From NCBI GenBank assembly GCA_007133255.1, contig SLMY01000065.1:1-26326 (forward strand): a DNA stretch of 26,326 bases, given 5' to 3'. The position numbers and the translations under genes were made by a program. Below, in pieces: positions 8,456 to 17,641 of this stretch (positions are counted from its first letter, which is position 1; each line of letters begins with the position of its first letter). The DNA is from Clostridiales bacterium. GTDB lineage: Bacteria; Bacillota; Clostridia; Saccharofermentanales; UBA5734. The notes under the pieces were generated by a model. That model saw nothing but the letters and a program-made list of their open reading frames with translations. It did no database searches and was not told the DNA's origin.

Positions 8456-9184
8456 TCAGATCAGGTTGAGACTGTTCACATCCAGCTGGTAAGTCACATC
8501 TTTTCGTTCGACAATAATTGAGATTTTTCCCCTGAGCGGATCACTGTCCTGAATCTTTCTGATCAGTTCTCTGGTCGGATTGATCGCGAACGGCTTGCCG
8601 ACAAGACCAAGCATGGTAAAATCACCCGCAGTATCGCCGTAGGCAAAGCACGCGTCAAGGTCCAGCTGATACTTTTCGGCCATCTCAAGAACTGCAGCCC
8701 GTTTACTTTTCGAGTCCCACATAGGCCGGATCACACCGCTGTAAGCACCGTCCTCACCTATCTCATACACGGTCGCTTTAAAGTCATCCATTTTATATTT
8801 TACAGCCATTTCCCTTACAAGCTCAACCGGTGATCCGGATATGGCGATGACTTTATGCCCTTGCTGCCTGTGCCATTTTAGCCTGTCACGTGTATAGGTA
8901 TAAACCCGGTCATAATTCTGCTCAATCACTTTACGGGCAATATAAGAGACCAGAAAAGCATCTGTATTTTTTACAGTGTCAAGGTATACGTCAACCATTT
9001 TCTGCAGATAATGATCATAATCACCTACCCGCCTGTTCCAGCTCGTAAACGCGGGCTTTACTTCATTTTGCCATTTTGTTTCATCAATCAGCTCATATTT
9101 AACCATTTTGCGAAACAGTTCACTGATCAAACCCTCACGGGTAATGGTCCCGTCTACATCAAAAAAAGCTGCGGATCTGCTCAT
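8456..9184 (-). CDS. HAD-IB (phosphoserine-phosphatase-like) hydrolase
   Basis: FFDVDGT, AISGSP, SKSK, YGDTAGD...INP. Start moved from the track's 9322 to ATG 9184, which follows an AGGAG RBS and removes a 46-aa extension overlapping the upstream sulfatase. Confidence 0.9.
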   Translation of the reverse strand: MSRSAAFFDVDGTITREGLISELFRKMVKYELIDETKWQNEVKPAFTSWNRRVGDYDHYLQKMVDVYLDTVKNTDAFLVSYIARKVIEQNYDRVYTYTRDRLKWHRQQGHKVIAISGSPVELVREMAVKYKMDDFKATVYEIGEDGAYSGVIRPMWDSKSKRAAVLEMAEKYQLDLDACFAYGDTAGDFTMLGLVGKPFAINPTRELIRKIQDSDPLRGKISIIVERKDVTYQLDVNSLNLI

Positions 9185-9275
9185 GTCGGTATCTCCTGTG
9201 TTTTTGTGATTATGTGCCGCTGTATCTGCTTTTCCCAAAACTAAATTCTCTGCGCCGGATAAATCATCGCCAGCG

Positions 9276-10682
9276 TTATACTTTCTGCGGTATTTTCGCG
9301 GCAACGTCTTCCAGCCAGTCATCCAGCTGCCGGCTAAGTCTGGCCGCCAGTGCAGGATGTTGATCTGCTATATTTTTCGATTCCGCAATATCCTGTTCCA
9401 GGTCATACAACTCAATCCGGTCATCTTCAAAAAATCGAATCAGCTTGTATTGGTTCTGACGAAGCGCTGCGGCAGGTGTGCCGCCCTGGTTGCCATAATG
9501 CGGAAAATGCCAGAAGAGGGTATCGCGTTCAAGACTGGCCTGCTGTTTCTCGTCTGTCTGCTCCAGCAAGGGCAGTAAACTGACACCATCTACATGTTGC
9601 CGCGGCTTTAGGGGTAATCCAGCCAGCTCCAGCAAAGTTGGGTAAAGGTCAGGGGTTGTGACCGGTACTTCGCAAAAGGAACCTGGCCTGATCTTTTTTG
9701 GATACTGGATCATCAAAGGTTCACGAATGCCCCCTTCATACATCCAGCCCTTTCCTTCAGACAGCGGGGCGTTACAGGTTGGAGCGCCTTCAGAGGTTGC
9801 CAGGCCGCCGTTATCTGATGTAAAAATAATCGCCGTATCATCGAGCAGGTTCTTCTCTTTCAGGACCGATAATAATCTGCCGACATTCTGGTCGAGGTTT
9901 TTAATCATCGCCGCGTAGCCTGCATCTGACTGCAGGATCCGCCTGGTGACCTGCTGATCTTTCTTATGATCACTGGGGAAGTGTTCTCCTATTACAATCG
10001 GGTCAATCTGATCAAGTTTAAGCCGCTTCGCTTTTTCTTCAAAATAAGCGACATCTGCCGCAGGTGCCTGAATCGGAGTGTGTACGGCATAATGCCAGAA
10101 GTTCATAAAGAACGGTTTGTCTGATTCACGTTTCTCTATCAGCGCAATCGCTTCATCTGTCAGCCGGTCTGTCAGATAAGTTCCAGGTTCACTTTCACTT
10201 AGTGTTTTTATCCCCCAGGGCGCGAAGTAGCCGTTGACTGGATGACCCCAGTCGTTACCGCCGATATTGATATCAAATCCGTGTTTTTCCGGCCAGTAGT
10301 CCGGTGAACCCATATGCCATTTGCCAATATGCCAGGTCTGATAACCACCCTCTTTAAGTGACTTGGCCAGACTGACTTCTTCCAGAGGCAAGTGGTCAAT
10401 ATACGGCGCGTCTATGACTTTGCCGCGAGCAAAACCGCCGATATAGTTTGTCACGCCCACCCGGGCAGGATATTTACCGCTAAGCAGACTGGCTCTTGAT
10501 GGTGAACAAACCGGACAAGAGGCATAAGCCTGAGTGAAGGTCATACCCCCTTTACTCAGCTTATCGATAACAGGCGTTTCGTAAAAAGAACTGCCATAGC
10601 AGCCTAGATCTCGCCAGCCTAGATCATCAAGAAAGATTAAAACAATGTTGGGGCGCTTACTCGATCGTTCTTCTTTTTTCAT
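9276..10682 (-). CDS. Cys-type formylglycine-dependent sulfatase (cytoplasmic, arylsulfatase A-like family)
   Basis: PNIVLIFLDDLG, CSPSRASLLSG, IGKWHMG, YAVHTP, FTSDNG, KGWMYEGGIREP. No signal peptide; AAGGAG RBS. Confidence 0.95.
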   Translation of the reverse strand: MKKEERSSKRPNIVLIFLDDLGWRDLGCYGSSFYETPVIDKLSKGGMTFTQAYASCPVCSPSRASLLSGKYPARVGVTNYIGGFARGKVIDAPYIDHLPLEEVSLAKSLKEGGYQTWHIGKWHMGSPDYWPEKHGFDINIGGNDWGHPVNGYFAPWGIKTLSESEPGTYLTDRLTDEAIALIEKRESDKPFFMNFWHYAVHTPIQAPAADVAYFEEKAKRLKLDQIDPIVIGEHFPSDHKKDQQVTRRILQSDAGYAAMIKNLDQNVGRLLSVLKEKNLLDDTAIIFTSDNGGLATSEGAPTCNAPLSEGKGWMYEGGIREPLMIQYPKKIRPGSFCEVPVTTPDLYPTLLELAGLPLKPRQHVDGVSLLPLLEQTDEKQQASLERDTLFWHFPHYGNQGGTPAAALRQNQYKLIRFFEDDRIELYDLEQDIAESKNIADQHPALAARLSRQLDDWLEDVAAKIPQKV

Positions 10683-10991
10683 CTTCTGCTCCTTATCTTG
10701 CTACCACTTTTCTTTCGTGTTACCTTACTTTCATCCAAACAGGTGATGGTTTTTTGCTTTGCCTTTGCCAGTTCGCATTTCAAATCTCTTCATTTCATCC
10801 TTAGTTAACAAAGCTCGATTTATCTGAATTAAGCATTTGAGTCTCATCAAATCTGATTTTCTTAATCCATATTGAACTGAATCGACCTGATTCGATAAGT
10901 GAATATTTGCTCGGTTCGTTCTTTAACTGTATCGCAACATGCTAAAATGTCGCTTGATGTTTTCACCTATGTATGTCTGTTTAGCAGACGT

Positions 10992-12479
10992 CTACTTCTT
11001 TCGTCGAACGGCTTTCGTTATCGGCAGGCCGGTATCGTAATCAAGCTGACGGGGTTCAAAGTCCTCATCTTCCCGCTGCCGTGTCATTAAGGTATAGTCC
11101 CAGGTGGCTGGCCTCGCGTCTTCACGCCAGGAACGCCTTTCCCACATATAGCCACGGAACGGATCGCGCGTCTGGTTCATAAAGTCAAGAATAGCGTCAT
11201 GCAGCTGATCACGAATGGGCGCAACCCTTTTATCATCAATTAAATTGTGACATTCACCGGGGTCTTCTTCAAGATCATATAGTTCATCGGTCCACAACAG
11301 ATTGATCACCAGCTTATAGCGGCCGTCATAGGCGGCGCGCAGCGGCTGAAACCCGCCAAAGCCGTCGTGGTCAACTTCATACCGGCCAAACTCTATAAAG
11401 ATGGGTTCTGATTGCCGTGGCTGATCAGAAGTCAGCGCCGGCCAGAGATTTTTACCGCTGAAAATCGCAGGAACAGGAAGCTCCAAGGCCCCGAAGATAG
11501 TGGGCGCCATGTCTATATGGGAAATGGGTACGGCATCCGCGCTTCCTGCATGGATGCCTGGCCCGCTGATGATCAGCGGAATATGCGTTATTTCCTCATA
11601 GGCTGCCGGCCCTTTTCCAGATAGTCCGTGACTGCTAAGAAAGTCTCCATGGTCTGATGTATAGATAATCAAGGCGTCCGGGGCCGCTTCACGTACTTTC
11701 GCGGTTACACGGCCAATTTCACTGTCAACAAAACTATTACAGCCAAAAAAGGCCGGGGCTTTGATTTTAACTGGTTTTGATCGCTGATGTGGTGAGCCGG
11801 CCCAGGCTTTCTGGTGCTCTGGCTTATGTTCCAGTGTATCGTATACATTGTCTGAGACAGGAAACTCATAGTCCTCATACATCGAGGCGTAAGGCTCAGG
11901 ACACAGATAGGGACCATGTGGTTCATCGTAGGAAACCACCAGGAAAAAATCTTCCTGACTATGCTTGTCAAGAAAGTTAACAGCTCTGTCACTGCAGCGA
12001 TGCGCGAAAGTAAAGGAAGCGTCTATACCCTCCTGGTTTGTCTCGGGCCTTCGTGAACGAAGCCGATCCTCAGGAGACAGTTCGTCCAGATAGTTTTTCA
12101 TATCATACCAGTACGCCGGATCCCAGCCGGGCGGGCACTTGCCTAGACCAAAATAATCGCCGCCATCCAGATGCCATTTGCCAATATAAGCGGTGTGAAT
12201 ACCGTGTTTTTCAATTCTTTCACCTATTGAGTGTGCGTTTTCAGCGACACCAGCTGAATTAGTCCAGCTATTGACTTCATGCGGATACTGCCCGAAAAAA
12301 AGCGCCGCCCGTGCCGGCTGGCACACAGGCTGCACGGTATAGGCTTTGTCATAGCGGCATCCTTCCGCCGCAAGCTGGTCAAGACAGGGTGTACGAAGAC
12401 CTGTTTCACGATAGCAGCTTAGCATGTCAAAACGCTGAGTATCTGTCATAATAAAAACAACTTGTTTAGGTTTTGTCAT
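10992..12479 (-). CDS. yidJ: YidJ-like Cys-type sulfatase
   Basis: FIMTDTQ, CQPARAAL, YIGKWHLDGGDYFGLGKCPPGWD, SYDEPH, YEVDHDGFGGF and C-terminal DYDTGLP closely match E. coli YidJ as I recall it. Start moved to ATG 12479 (AGGAG RBS). Confidence 0.85.
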   Translation of the reverse strand: MTKPKQVVFIMTDTQRFDMLSCYRETGLRTPCLDQLAAEGCRYDKAYTVQPVCQPARAALFFGQYPHEVNSWTNSAGVAENAHSIGERIEKHGIHTAYIGKWHLDGGDYFGLGKCPPGWDPAYWYDMKNYLDELSPEDRLRSRRPETNQEGIDASFTFAHRCSDRAVNFLDKHSQEDFFLVVSYDEPHGPYLCPEPYASMYEDYEFPVSDNVYDTLEHKPEHQKAWAGSPHQRSKPVKIKAPAFFGCNSFVDSEIGRVTAKVREAAPDALIIYTSDHGDFLSSHGLSGKGPAAYEEITHIPLIISGPGIHAGSADAVPISHIDMAPTIFGALELPVPAIFSGKNLWPALTSDQPRQSEPIFIEFGRYEVDHDGFGGFQPLRAAYDGRYKLVINLLWTDELYDLEEDPGECHNLIDDKRVAPIRDQLHDAILDFMNQTRDPFRGYMWERRSWREDARPATWDYTLMTRQREDEDFEPRQLDYDTGLPITKAVRRKK

Positions 12480-12662
12480 AAAAGGCACGCTCCTGTATGC
12501 TTGATGCTTATTATTATAAGCTATCTTCACGAAGCGTGCTCGGTTGTTATTGTTTTCCATATTTATGTACTGAGGTGCAATAACTTCTATTTTCATCAGA
12601 GTTATTGTATACTGATGTCATATTCAGCCGATTAAGTTTCGGTCTGGTCAGGAGGATGCTGT

Positions 12663-13874
12663 ATGATAGCGAGAAAAGAGTATTTCAACAAGTTGTTGGG
12701 ATATAAGGATAAAAAAATTATCAAAGTTATCACCGGTATACGGCGCTGCGGCAAGTCAACACTGTTGCTGATGTTTCAGGAGTATTTGTTGAAAAGTGGC
12801 ATTGATGAAAAACAGATAGTTTCTATAAACTTCGAGGACTACGATTATGAGAGATTAAGAAATCCTAAAGAGCTTCATAGTTATATTAAGAGCAAGTTGA
12901 TTCCTGATAAGATGGTGTATATTTTCTTGGATGAGGTTCAAAATGTTGATGATTTTCAGAGAGTCGTTGATTCACTGTTATTAAGAGAAAATGTTGATAT
13001 ATATTTGACAGGCTCAAATGCTTACATGCTGTCGGGCGAATTAGCCACCCTGCTTTCAGGACGTTACATTAAAATCGACATGCTGCCGCTGTCTTTTACC
13101 GAGTTCGCAAGCGCAAGACAGAATGAAGGTAACATGAGCGCTGATGAATTATACCTTGAATACCTGGAAACAAGTTCATTTCCATTTGCTTTGACACTGG
13201 CAAAAGACATCAAACAGATCAAGGATTATTTAAGAAGTATTTATGACACTATAGTTGTAAAAGATGTTATCAGCAGAAAATCAATAGCTGATATCATGAT
13301 GCTTGAAAGTGTTTTGAGATTTTTGATGGACAATATCGGCAGCCAGCTCTCGACAAAGAAAATTAGTGATTCCATGACTTCTGATGGCAGAAGAATTAAC
13401 GTTAGGACTGTGGAGTCCTATGTGTCTTCTTTTGTTGAGTCCTATATTGTATACGAAGCAAAACGATATGATATCAAGGGGCGGCAGTATTTGAAAACGC
13501 TTGAGAAATATTATATTATCGACATCGGTTTACGCAATGCGATGCTGGGAGCCCGGCGGAGAGATACCGGTCACATTTTAGAAAATGTTGTATATCTCGA
13601 ATTGATAAGAAGAGGATATGACGTCTATATTGGCAAAATTGATGATGTCGAGGTTGATTTTGTATGTGAGCATGAAACGGGAATCAAATATATACAGGTA
13701 GCCGCGAGTGTTCGTGATGAGAAAACTCTGGCCAGAGAACTAAGACCGTTGGAAAAAATTGATGATCACTACCCCAAATATATAATGACATTAGACAGAG
13801 ATCCAATCGCGGATTACAACGGCATTAAACGCATAAACGCATTAGATTATCTGCTGCATAAAATAGATATTTGA
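12663..13874 (+). CDS. AAA+ ATPase (AAA_14 plus DUF4143-type C-terminal domain)
   Basis: Walker A GIRRCGKS, Walker B YIFLDEVQ, LTGSNA, C-terminal ILENVVYLEL...EVDFV...YIQVA; AGGAGG RBS. Confidence 0.88.
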   Translation: MIARKEYFNKLLGYKDKKIIKVITGIRRCGKSTLLLMFQEYLLKSGIDEKQIVSINFEDYDYERLRNPKELHSYIKSKLIPDKMVYIFLDEVQNVDDFQRVVDSLLLRENVDIYLTGSNAYMLSGELATLLSGRYIKIDMLPLSFTEFASARQNEGNMSADELYLEYLETSSFPFALTLAKDIKQIKDYLRSIYDTIVVKDVISRKSIADIMMLESVLRFLMDNIGSQLSTKKISDSMTSDGRRINVRTVESYVSSFVESYIVYEAKRYDIKGRQYLKTLEKYYIIDIGLRNAMLGARRRDTGHILENVVYLELIRRGYDVYIGKIDDVEVDFVCEHETGIKYIQVAASVRDEKTLARELRPLEKIDDHYPKYIMTLDRDPIADYNGIKRINALDYLLHKIDI

Positions 13875-13988
13875 TACGAGTAAATAAGCGTGCCTGTCAG
13901 TGATCTTATTTCTCAGGTGATCGTCATGTCTTTGTTTGATATCTACTTTTTTCAGTAGTTCTTATTTATGTTTCGTCATCAACTGCTC

Positions 13989-15260
13989 TCAGGCTGACAG
14001 CTGCCGTTTTACCGTCAGCAGCTGAGGCTGACCGCGGCTAAGCAGCCAATAGGCCAGGATGGACAAGGTCAGTGTGAAGGCACCTGCCAGAAGTGTAGGG
14101 ACATAGACTTGAATGTTAAAGGCCTGGAAAAGCTGGCCATACAAAAGCTGGCCGACAGGGGCCGCTGCCTGCGCGGCGGTTCCGATAATCGCCATCACCT
14201 TGCCCAGCAGGTGATTCGGCGTTTCTTTCTGGATAATGGTCACCGCGTACACGGAAAGCATCGCCAGAATCATCATCACCGGCACAGCGAACAGGATGAA
14301 GCCCAGGTAAGCCGGCCAGTAGCCAAGACCGCGTATGTGGGGTGACATCGATAAAGCCATGGGCACTGTTAAAAAAGCCATTGTCGCGATCCAGCGGGGT
14401 AAACTGCTGAATTTAAGCCTGCGTGACAGACGGTCAACAGATAGAGCGCCGACAATACCGCTGAGCTGGATCGCACCCATCGCCGCGCCATACTGAATAT
14501 CACTGCTGGCCAGTGTGATACGTAAAACATACGGCATGCCGATAATGAAGAAAGGTGTCAGAAACAAATTGAGTGAGGCAGCCAGAATCATAGTCCTTGC
14601 GATATAGGGTTTCTCATGCAGGATAAACTTGAACCCGTCAATCATGTCTTGCTTAACGACGGTTACCAGACTGCCGGCCAGCTGGACACGTACATGCGGC
14701 ATCTTGATGAAAAGCTCCAGAATCGCCGACATCAGAAAAGCGGCAGCGCCCAGAATCAACAGCAGATTCAATCCAACCATATTATAAAGAATACCGCCCG
14801 CGATTGGGCCAGCCAGGTTGGAGAGCGCGGCAACGCCGCCGATAAGGCCATTGGCCCGGGCCAGGCCGTTTTCTGTAACCAGCGAGGGAATGCTGGCCCG
14901 CACAGTCGGCTGATAAAGACCGCTGATCAGGGTTAGTAAAGTGATGGTGATGCCTATCAGAAAAAGAGAAGACCGGTTGCTATAAACAGATCCGATGAAG
15001 ACGAGTACCAATATAAAGCTGGCCAGATCGAACCCGACCATCATGTTACGCCTGTTGAGCCGGTCCGCTACCGCTCCGCCAAACGGAACCAGGATGATGC
15101 CGGGTACAATTGACAGCGCCAGCAAGGTGGCGAAAATATCAGCTCTGCCGGTCCGGTCTAGAACATCTAAAGACAAGGCGAATTTTAATATCGCCGCGCC
15201 AAACACCGATATCACCTGGCCGCTGATTAATAGATTGAAATCCTTGTTAAGTACTTTCAT
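13989..15260 (-). CDS. MFS efflux transporter (DHA3/MefA/EntS-like)
   Basis: About 12 hydrophobic segments, MFS motif A GGAVADRLNRR, C-terminal IQKETPNHLLGKVMA motif. Confidence 0.9.
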   Translation of the reverse strand: MKVLNKDFNLLISGQVISVFGAAILKFALSLDVLDRTGRADIFATLLALSIVPGIILVPFGGAVADRLNRRNMMVGFDLASFILVLVFIGSVYSNRSSLFLIGITITLLTLISGLYQPTVRASIPSLVTENGLARANGLIGGVAALSNLAGPIAGGILYNMVGLNLLLILGAAAFLMSAILELFIKMPHVRVQLAGSLVTVVKQDMIDGFKFILHEKPYIARTMILAASLNLFLTPFFIIGMPYVLRITLASSDIQYGAAMGAIQLSGIVGALSVDRLSRRLKFSSLPRWIATMAFLTVPMALSMSPHIRGLGYWPAYLGFILFAVPVMMILAMLSVYAVTIIQKETPNHLLGKVMAIIGTAAQAAAPVGQLLYGQLFQAFNIQVYVPTLLAGAFTLTLSILAYWLLSRGQPQLLTVKRQLSA

Positions 15261-15435
15261 CGTCTGCCTCTTTCGTATCTTCTGCCTGTCTGCAACACAT
15301 AAAATGTGATTGTCCTATCCTTTGACGACCCATTTTCGATTTTGTTCTCAATCTGTTTGATTAATATCCTGTTGGTCTGAATTTGATTTGTTCTTATTGC
15401 TACGCTTATATTTATAATGTATGGCGGCCAAAAAC

Positions 15436-15471
15436 AAACCTGACTTTGGTCAGGTTTATAAGTCAGGTTTG
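15436..15471. promoter_or_regulatory. Palindromic operator A plus an extra half-site, upstream of the MFS exporter
   Basis: AAACCTGAC-TTTG-GTCAGGTTT (perfect 9-bp arms, 15436-15457) followed by a third half-site GTCAGGTTT at 15462-15470. Confidence 0.65.
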
Positions 15472-15603
15472 AACAAACAATCGTGCGTAATCCACTTTTA
15501 AGCCGCAGGTTTAGGTGGAGAGGGTTCACCTTCACAATTGATCTGTCTTAGCTATCGTTTTACTCTATGCATCCGTTATAATAGATATGAACCTTGTTCT
15601 CTC

Positions 15604-15615
15604 ATAAGCGCTTAT
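15604..15615. promoter_or_regulatory. Possible LacI/CcpA-type operator
   Basis: Perfect 12-bp palindrome ATAAGCGCTTAT with a central CG, between a TATAAT (15577-15582) and the RBS of the next gene. Confidence 0.35.
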
Positions 15616-15648
15616 TCGCTTACCTGATCATGGATGGAGATTGCTTAT

Positions 15649-16491
15649 ATGTTACCCGTTATTAATTTTTTTGGTACACCCGTCACTCGGCTCATACTGG
15701 GAGACAACCCGTTCAGCGGGCACTCCTATATACCCGACAAAGCAACCAGTTCTGATATGATCGATTATTACACGGCCAATCAGATCATCAAAACCTTGTT
15801 TGACGCTGAGGAAGCTGGCTATAACACGATGCTGCCTCTGGCGGATCCCTTTATTATGCGGGTGCTGCGTCAGTATCGAAACGAAGGCGGCAAGATGCAC
15901 TTCATCTTTCAGCCTTACCCGGCCATTGATCTGGCAATCAACCTGCGCCAGATGCTGGAGCTGGAACCGATCGCTATTTATCATCAGGGCACAACAACCG
16001 ACGGCCTGCTTGAGGCTGGCGAGTTTGATACACTGATGTCTAATTTAAAACTCATCAAGAAGACAGGGCTGCCGGCAGGTCTTGGCACGCATGTGCCGGA
16101 GACTGTGCTTCGCTCTGAGCAGGAAGGCTGGGGCGCTGATTTTTATATGACCTGCCTGCATAATTCCCGCAAGCGCGGCGCTGAGCCCAGCGGCTTTCTG
16201 ACCGGTAAAGAAAAAACAATTCGCTTTTTTCAGGAAGACAGGCCTTTGATGTTTGATGTGATTGGGCAAGTGGATAAACCTTGCCTGGCCTTTAAGATTT
16301 TCGCCGGCGGCCAGATTTTTCTGGGGCAGGAGGATGAAGCGGTCAGCCGACTGGCGAAAGAAGCGCTTAGCGAGACTTTTAAGCTAATCAAGCCGTCTGA
16401 TGCCGCGGTTGTCGGTGTCTTTCAAAGAGATAAAAACGAGCTTTCTGAAAATGCCCGCCTGGCTCAGGAAGTATTAGACGCGCAGCGATAG
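15649..16491 (+). CDS. Conserved hypothetical protein, probable aldo/keto-reductase-like TIM-barrel fold
   Basis: VTRLILGDNPFSG...GYNT and CLAFKIFAGG resemble AKR-like beta-alpha motifs. Start set at ATG 15649 after GGAG. Function not recognised. Confidence 0.7.
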   Translation: MLPVINFFGTPVTRLILGDNPFSGHSYIPDKATSSDMIDYYTANQIIKTLFDAEEAGYNTMLPLADPFIMRVLRQYRNEGGKMHFIFQPYPAIDLAINLRQMLELEPIAIYHQGTTTDGLLEAGEFDTLMSNLKLIKKTGLPAGLGTHVPETVLRSEQEGWGADFYMTCLHNSRKRGAEPSGFLTGKEKTIRFFQEDRPLMFDVIGQVDKPCLAFKIFAGGQIFLGQEDEAVSRLAKEALSETFKLIKPSDAAVVGVFQRDKNELSENARLAQEVLDAQR

Positions 16492-16523
16492 CGGACAGGA
16501 TCATAACTCCTGCCAGAGCTCTT

Positions 16524-16552
16524 AGCCGGCAGTTATGCTCTGCCGGCTTTTT
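16524..16552 (+). terminator. Intrinsic terminator after the hypothetical gene
   Basis: AGCCGGCAG-TTATGCT-CTGCCGGCT-TTTT. Confidence 0.8.
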
Positions 16553-16611
16553 GACGCGCCAGATATGCTGCGCTTTGTCAGCGAATAAGTCAGATAGACC
16601 AGCCCAACCTA

Positions 16612-16633
16612 AAACCTTACTTTCGTCAGGTCA
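16612..16633. promoter_or_regulatory. Palindromic operator B upstream of the ABC exporter
   Basis: AAACCTTAC-TTTC-GTCAGGTCA; the first 20 nt are 18/20 identical to operator A. Confidence 0.6.
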
Positions 16634-16720
16634 CATAAAAGACCTGTCGTTTTATTATAAAACCAGAAAACGAAAAGACCAGCCGGACAGGCGGCTGGAA
16701 ATAATGGGAGGTAACTCATA

Positions 16721-17641
16721 ATGAAGACACTGGAAACAAAATCACTGGATAAGTTTTATGGTAAGTTTCAAGCGCTGGATAAGGTAGACCTGACACTGGA
16801 ACAAGGAGAGGTACTCGGCTTTTTAGGACCGAACGGCGCGGGAAAAACAACAACGATCCGAATTTTACTGGGGCTGCTGCGAAAGAACAGTGGTGAAGCA
16901 AAGCTTTTTGGGCTTGACGCCTGGCAGGACTCCGTGAAGATTCATCGCCGGCTGGCCTATGTGCCTGGTGATGTCAATCTCTGGCCGAACCTGACTGGGG
17001 GTGAGGTGATTGATCTGTTCAGCAAACTGCGCGGCGGTATTGATTACAAGCGCAGAGAGCAGCTGATGAACCGCTTCGACCTGGATCCGACTAAAAAATG
17101 CAGTACTTACTCAAAAGGTAATCGACAGAAAGTCGGCCTGATCGCCGCTTTCGCTTCTGATGTTGATCTTTATATACTCGATGAGCCAACTTCAGGTCTT
17201 GACCCGCTGATGATGTCTGTCTTCCAGGATTGTGTTCTGGAGATGAAACAGCAGGGTAAAACAGTTCTGATGTCGAGCCATATTCTGGCGGATGTTGAGA
17301 AACTGTGTGACCGGATCAGCATCATCCGCAAAGGGCAGATTGTTGAGACAGGCAGCCTGTCACAGCTGCGGCAGAAAGCCAGGACAACGATTCTGGTTGA
17401 GACCGGTCGGCCGGTGACAGGTCTTGACACAATCGCTCCGGTTTATAACCTGCGCCAAAAAGACAATCAGTATCAGTTTGAGATTGATAACGCACATATT
17501 GACCCGGTTATGCAGTATCTGGCCGGGCGTCATATAAAACAGCTGACCAGCACACCACCCAGCCTTGAAGATTTATTCATGCGTCATTATGGTGATGAAC
17601 TGGCAGAGCTCAACAGCAGAAAGGAAGGCAAATCAGCATGA
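16721..17641 (+). CDS. ABC-2 type exporter ATP-binding subunit (TnrB2/NarA-like)
   Basis: Walker A GPNGAGKT, signature YSKGNRQK, Walker B YILDEPTSGLDP, H-loop SSHIL; GGGAGG RBS. Confidence 0.95.
   Translation: MKTLETKSLDKFYGKFQALDKVDLTLEQGEVLGFLGPNGAGKTTTIRILLGLLRKNSGEAKLFGLDAWQDSVKIHRRLAYVPGDVNLWPNLTGGEVIDLFSKLRGGIDYKRREQLMNRFDLDPTKKCSTYSKGNRQKVGLIAAFASDVDLYILDEPTSGLDPLMMSVFQDCVLEMKQQGKTVLMSSHILADVEKLCDRISIIRKGQIVETGSLSQLRQKARTTILVETGRPVTGLDTIAPVYNLRQKDNQYQFEIDNAHIDPVMQYLAGRHIKQLTSTPPSLEDLFMRHYGDELAELNSRKEGKSA

Noticed and set aside
9185-9322. 46-aa N-terminal extension of the HAD-IB ORF in the track
   Set aside because: It overlaps the sulfatase 3' end; a good RBS precedes ATG 9184.
10835-10852. 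Inverted repeat ATTTGA-N6-TCAAAT upstream of the first sulfatase
   Set aside because: Only 6-bp AT-rich arms in an AT-rich spacer, with no second copy found.
12480-12596. 39-aa N-terminal extension of the YidJ-like ORF
   Set aside because: AT-rich promoter-like sequence; homology and the RBS start at ATG 12479.
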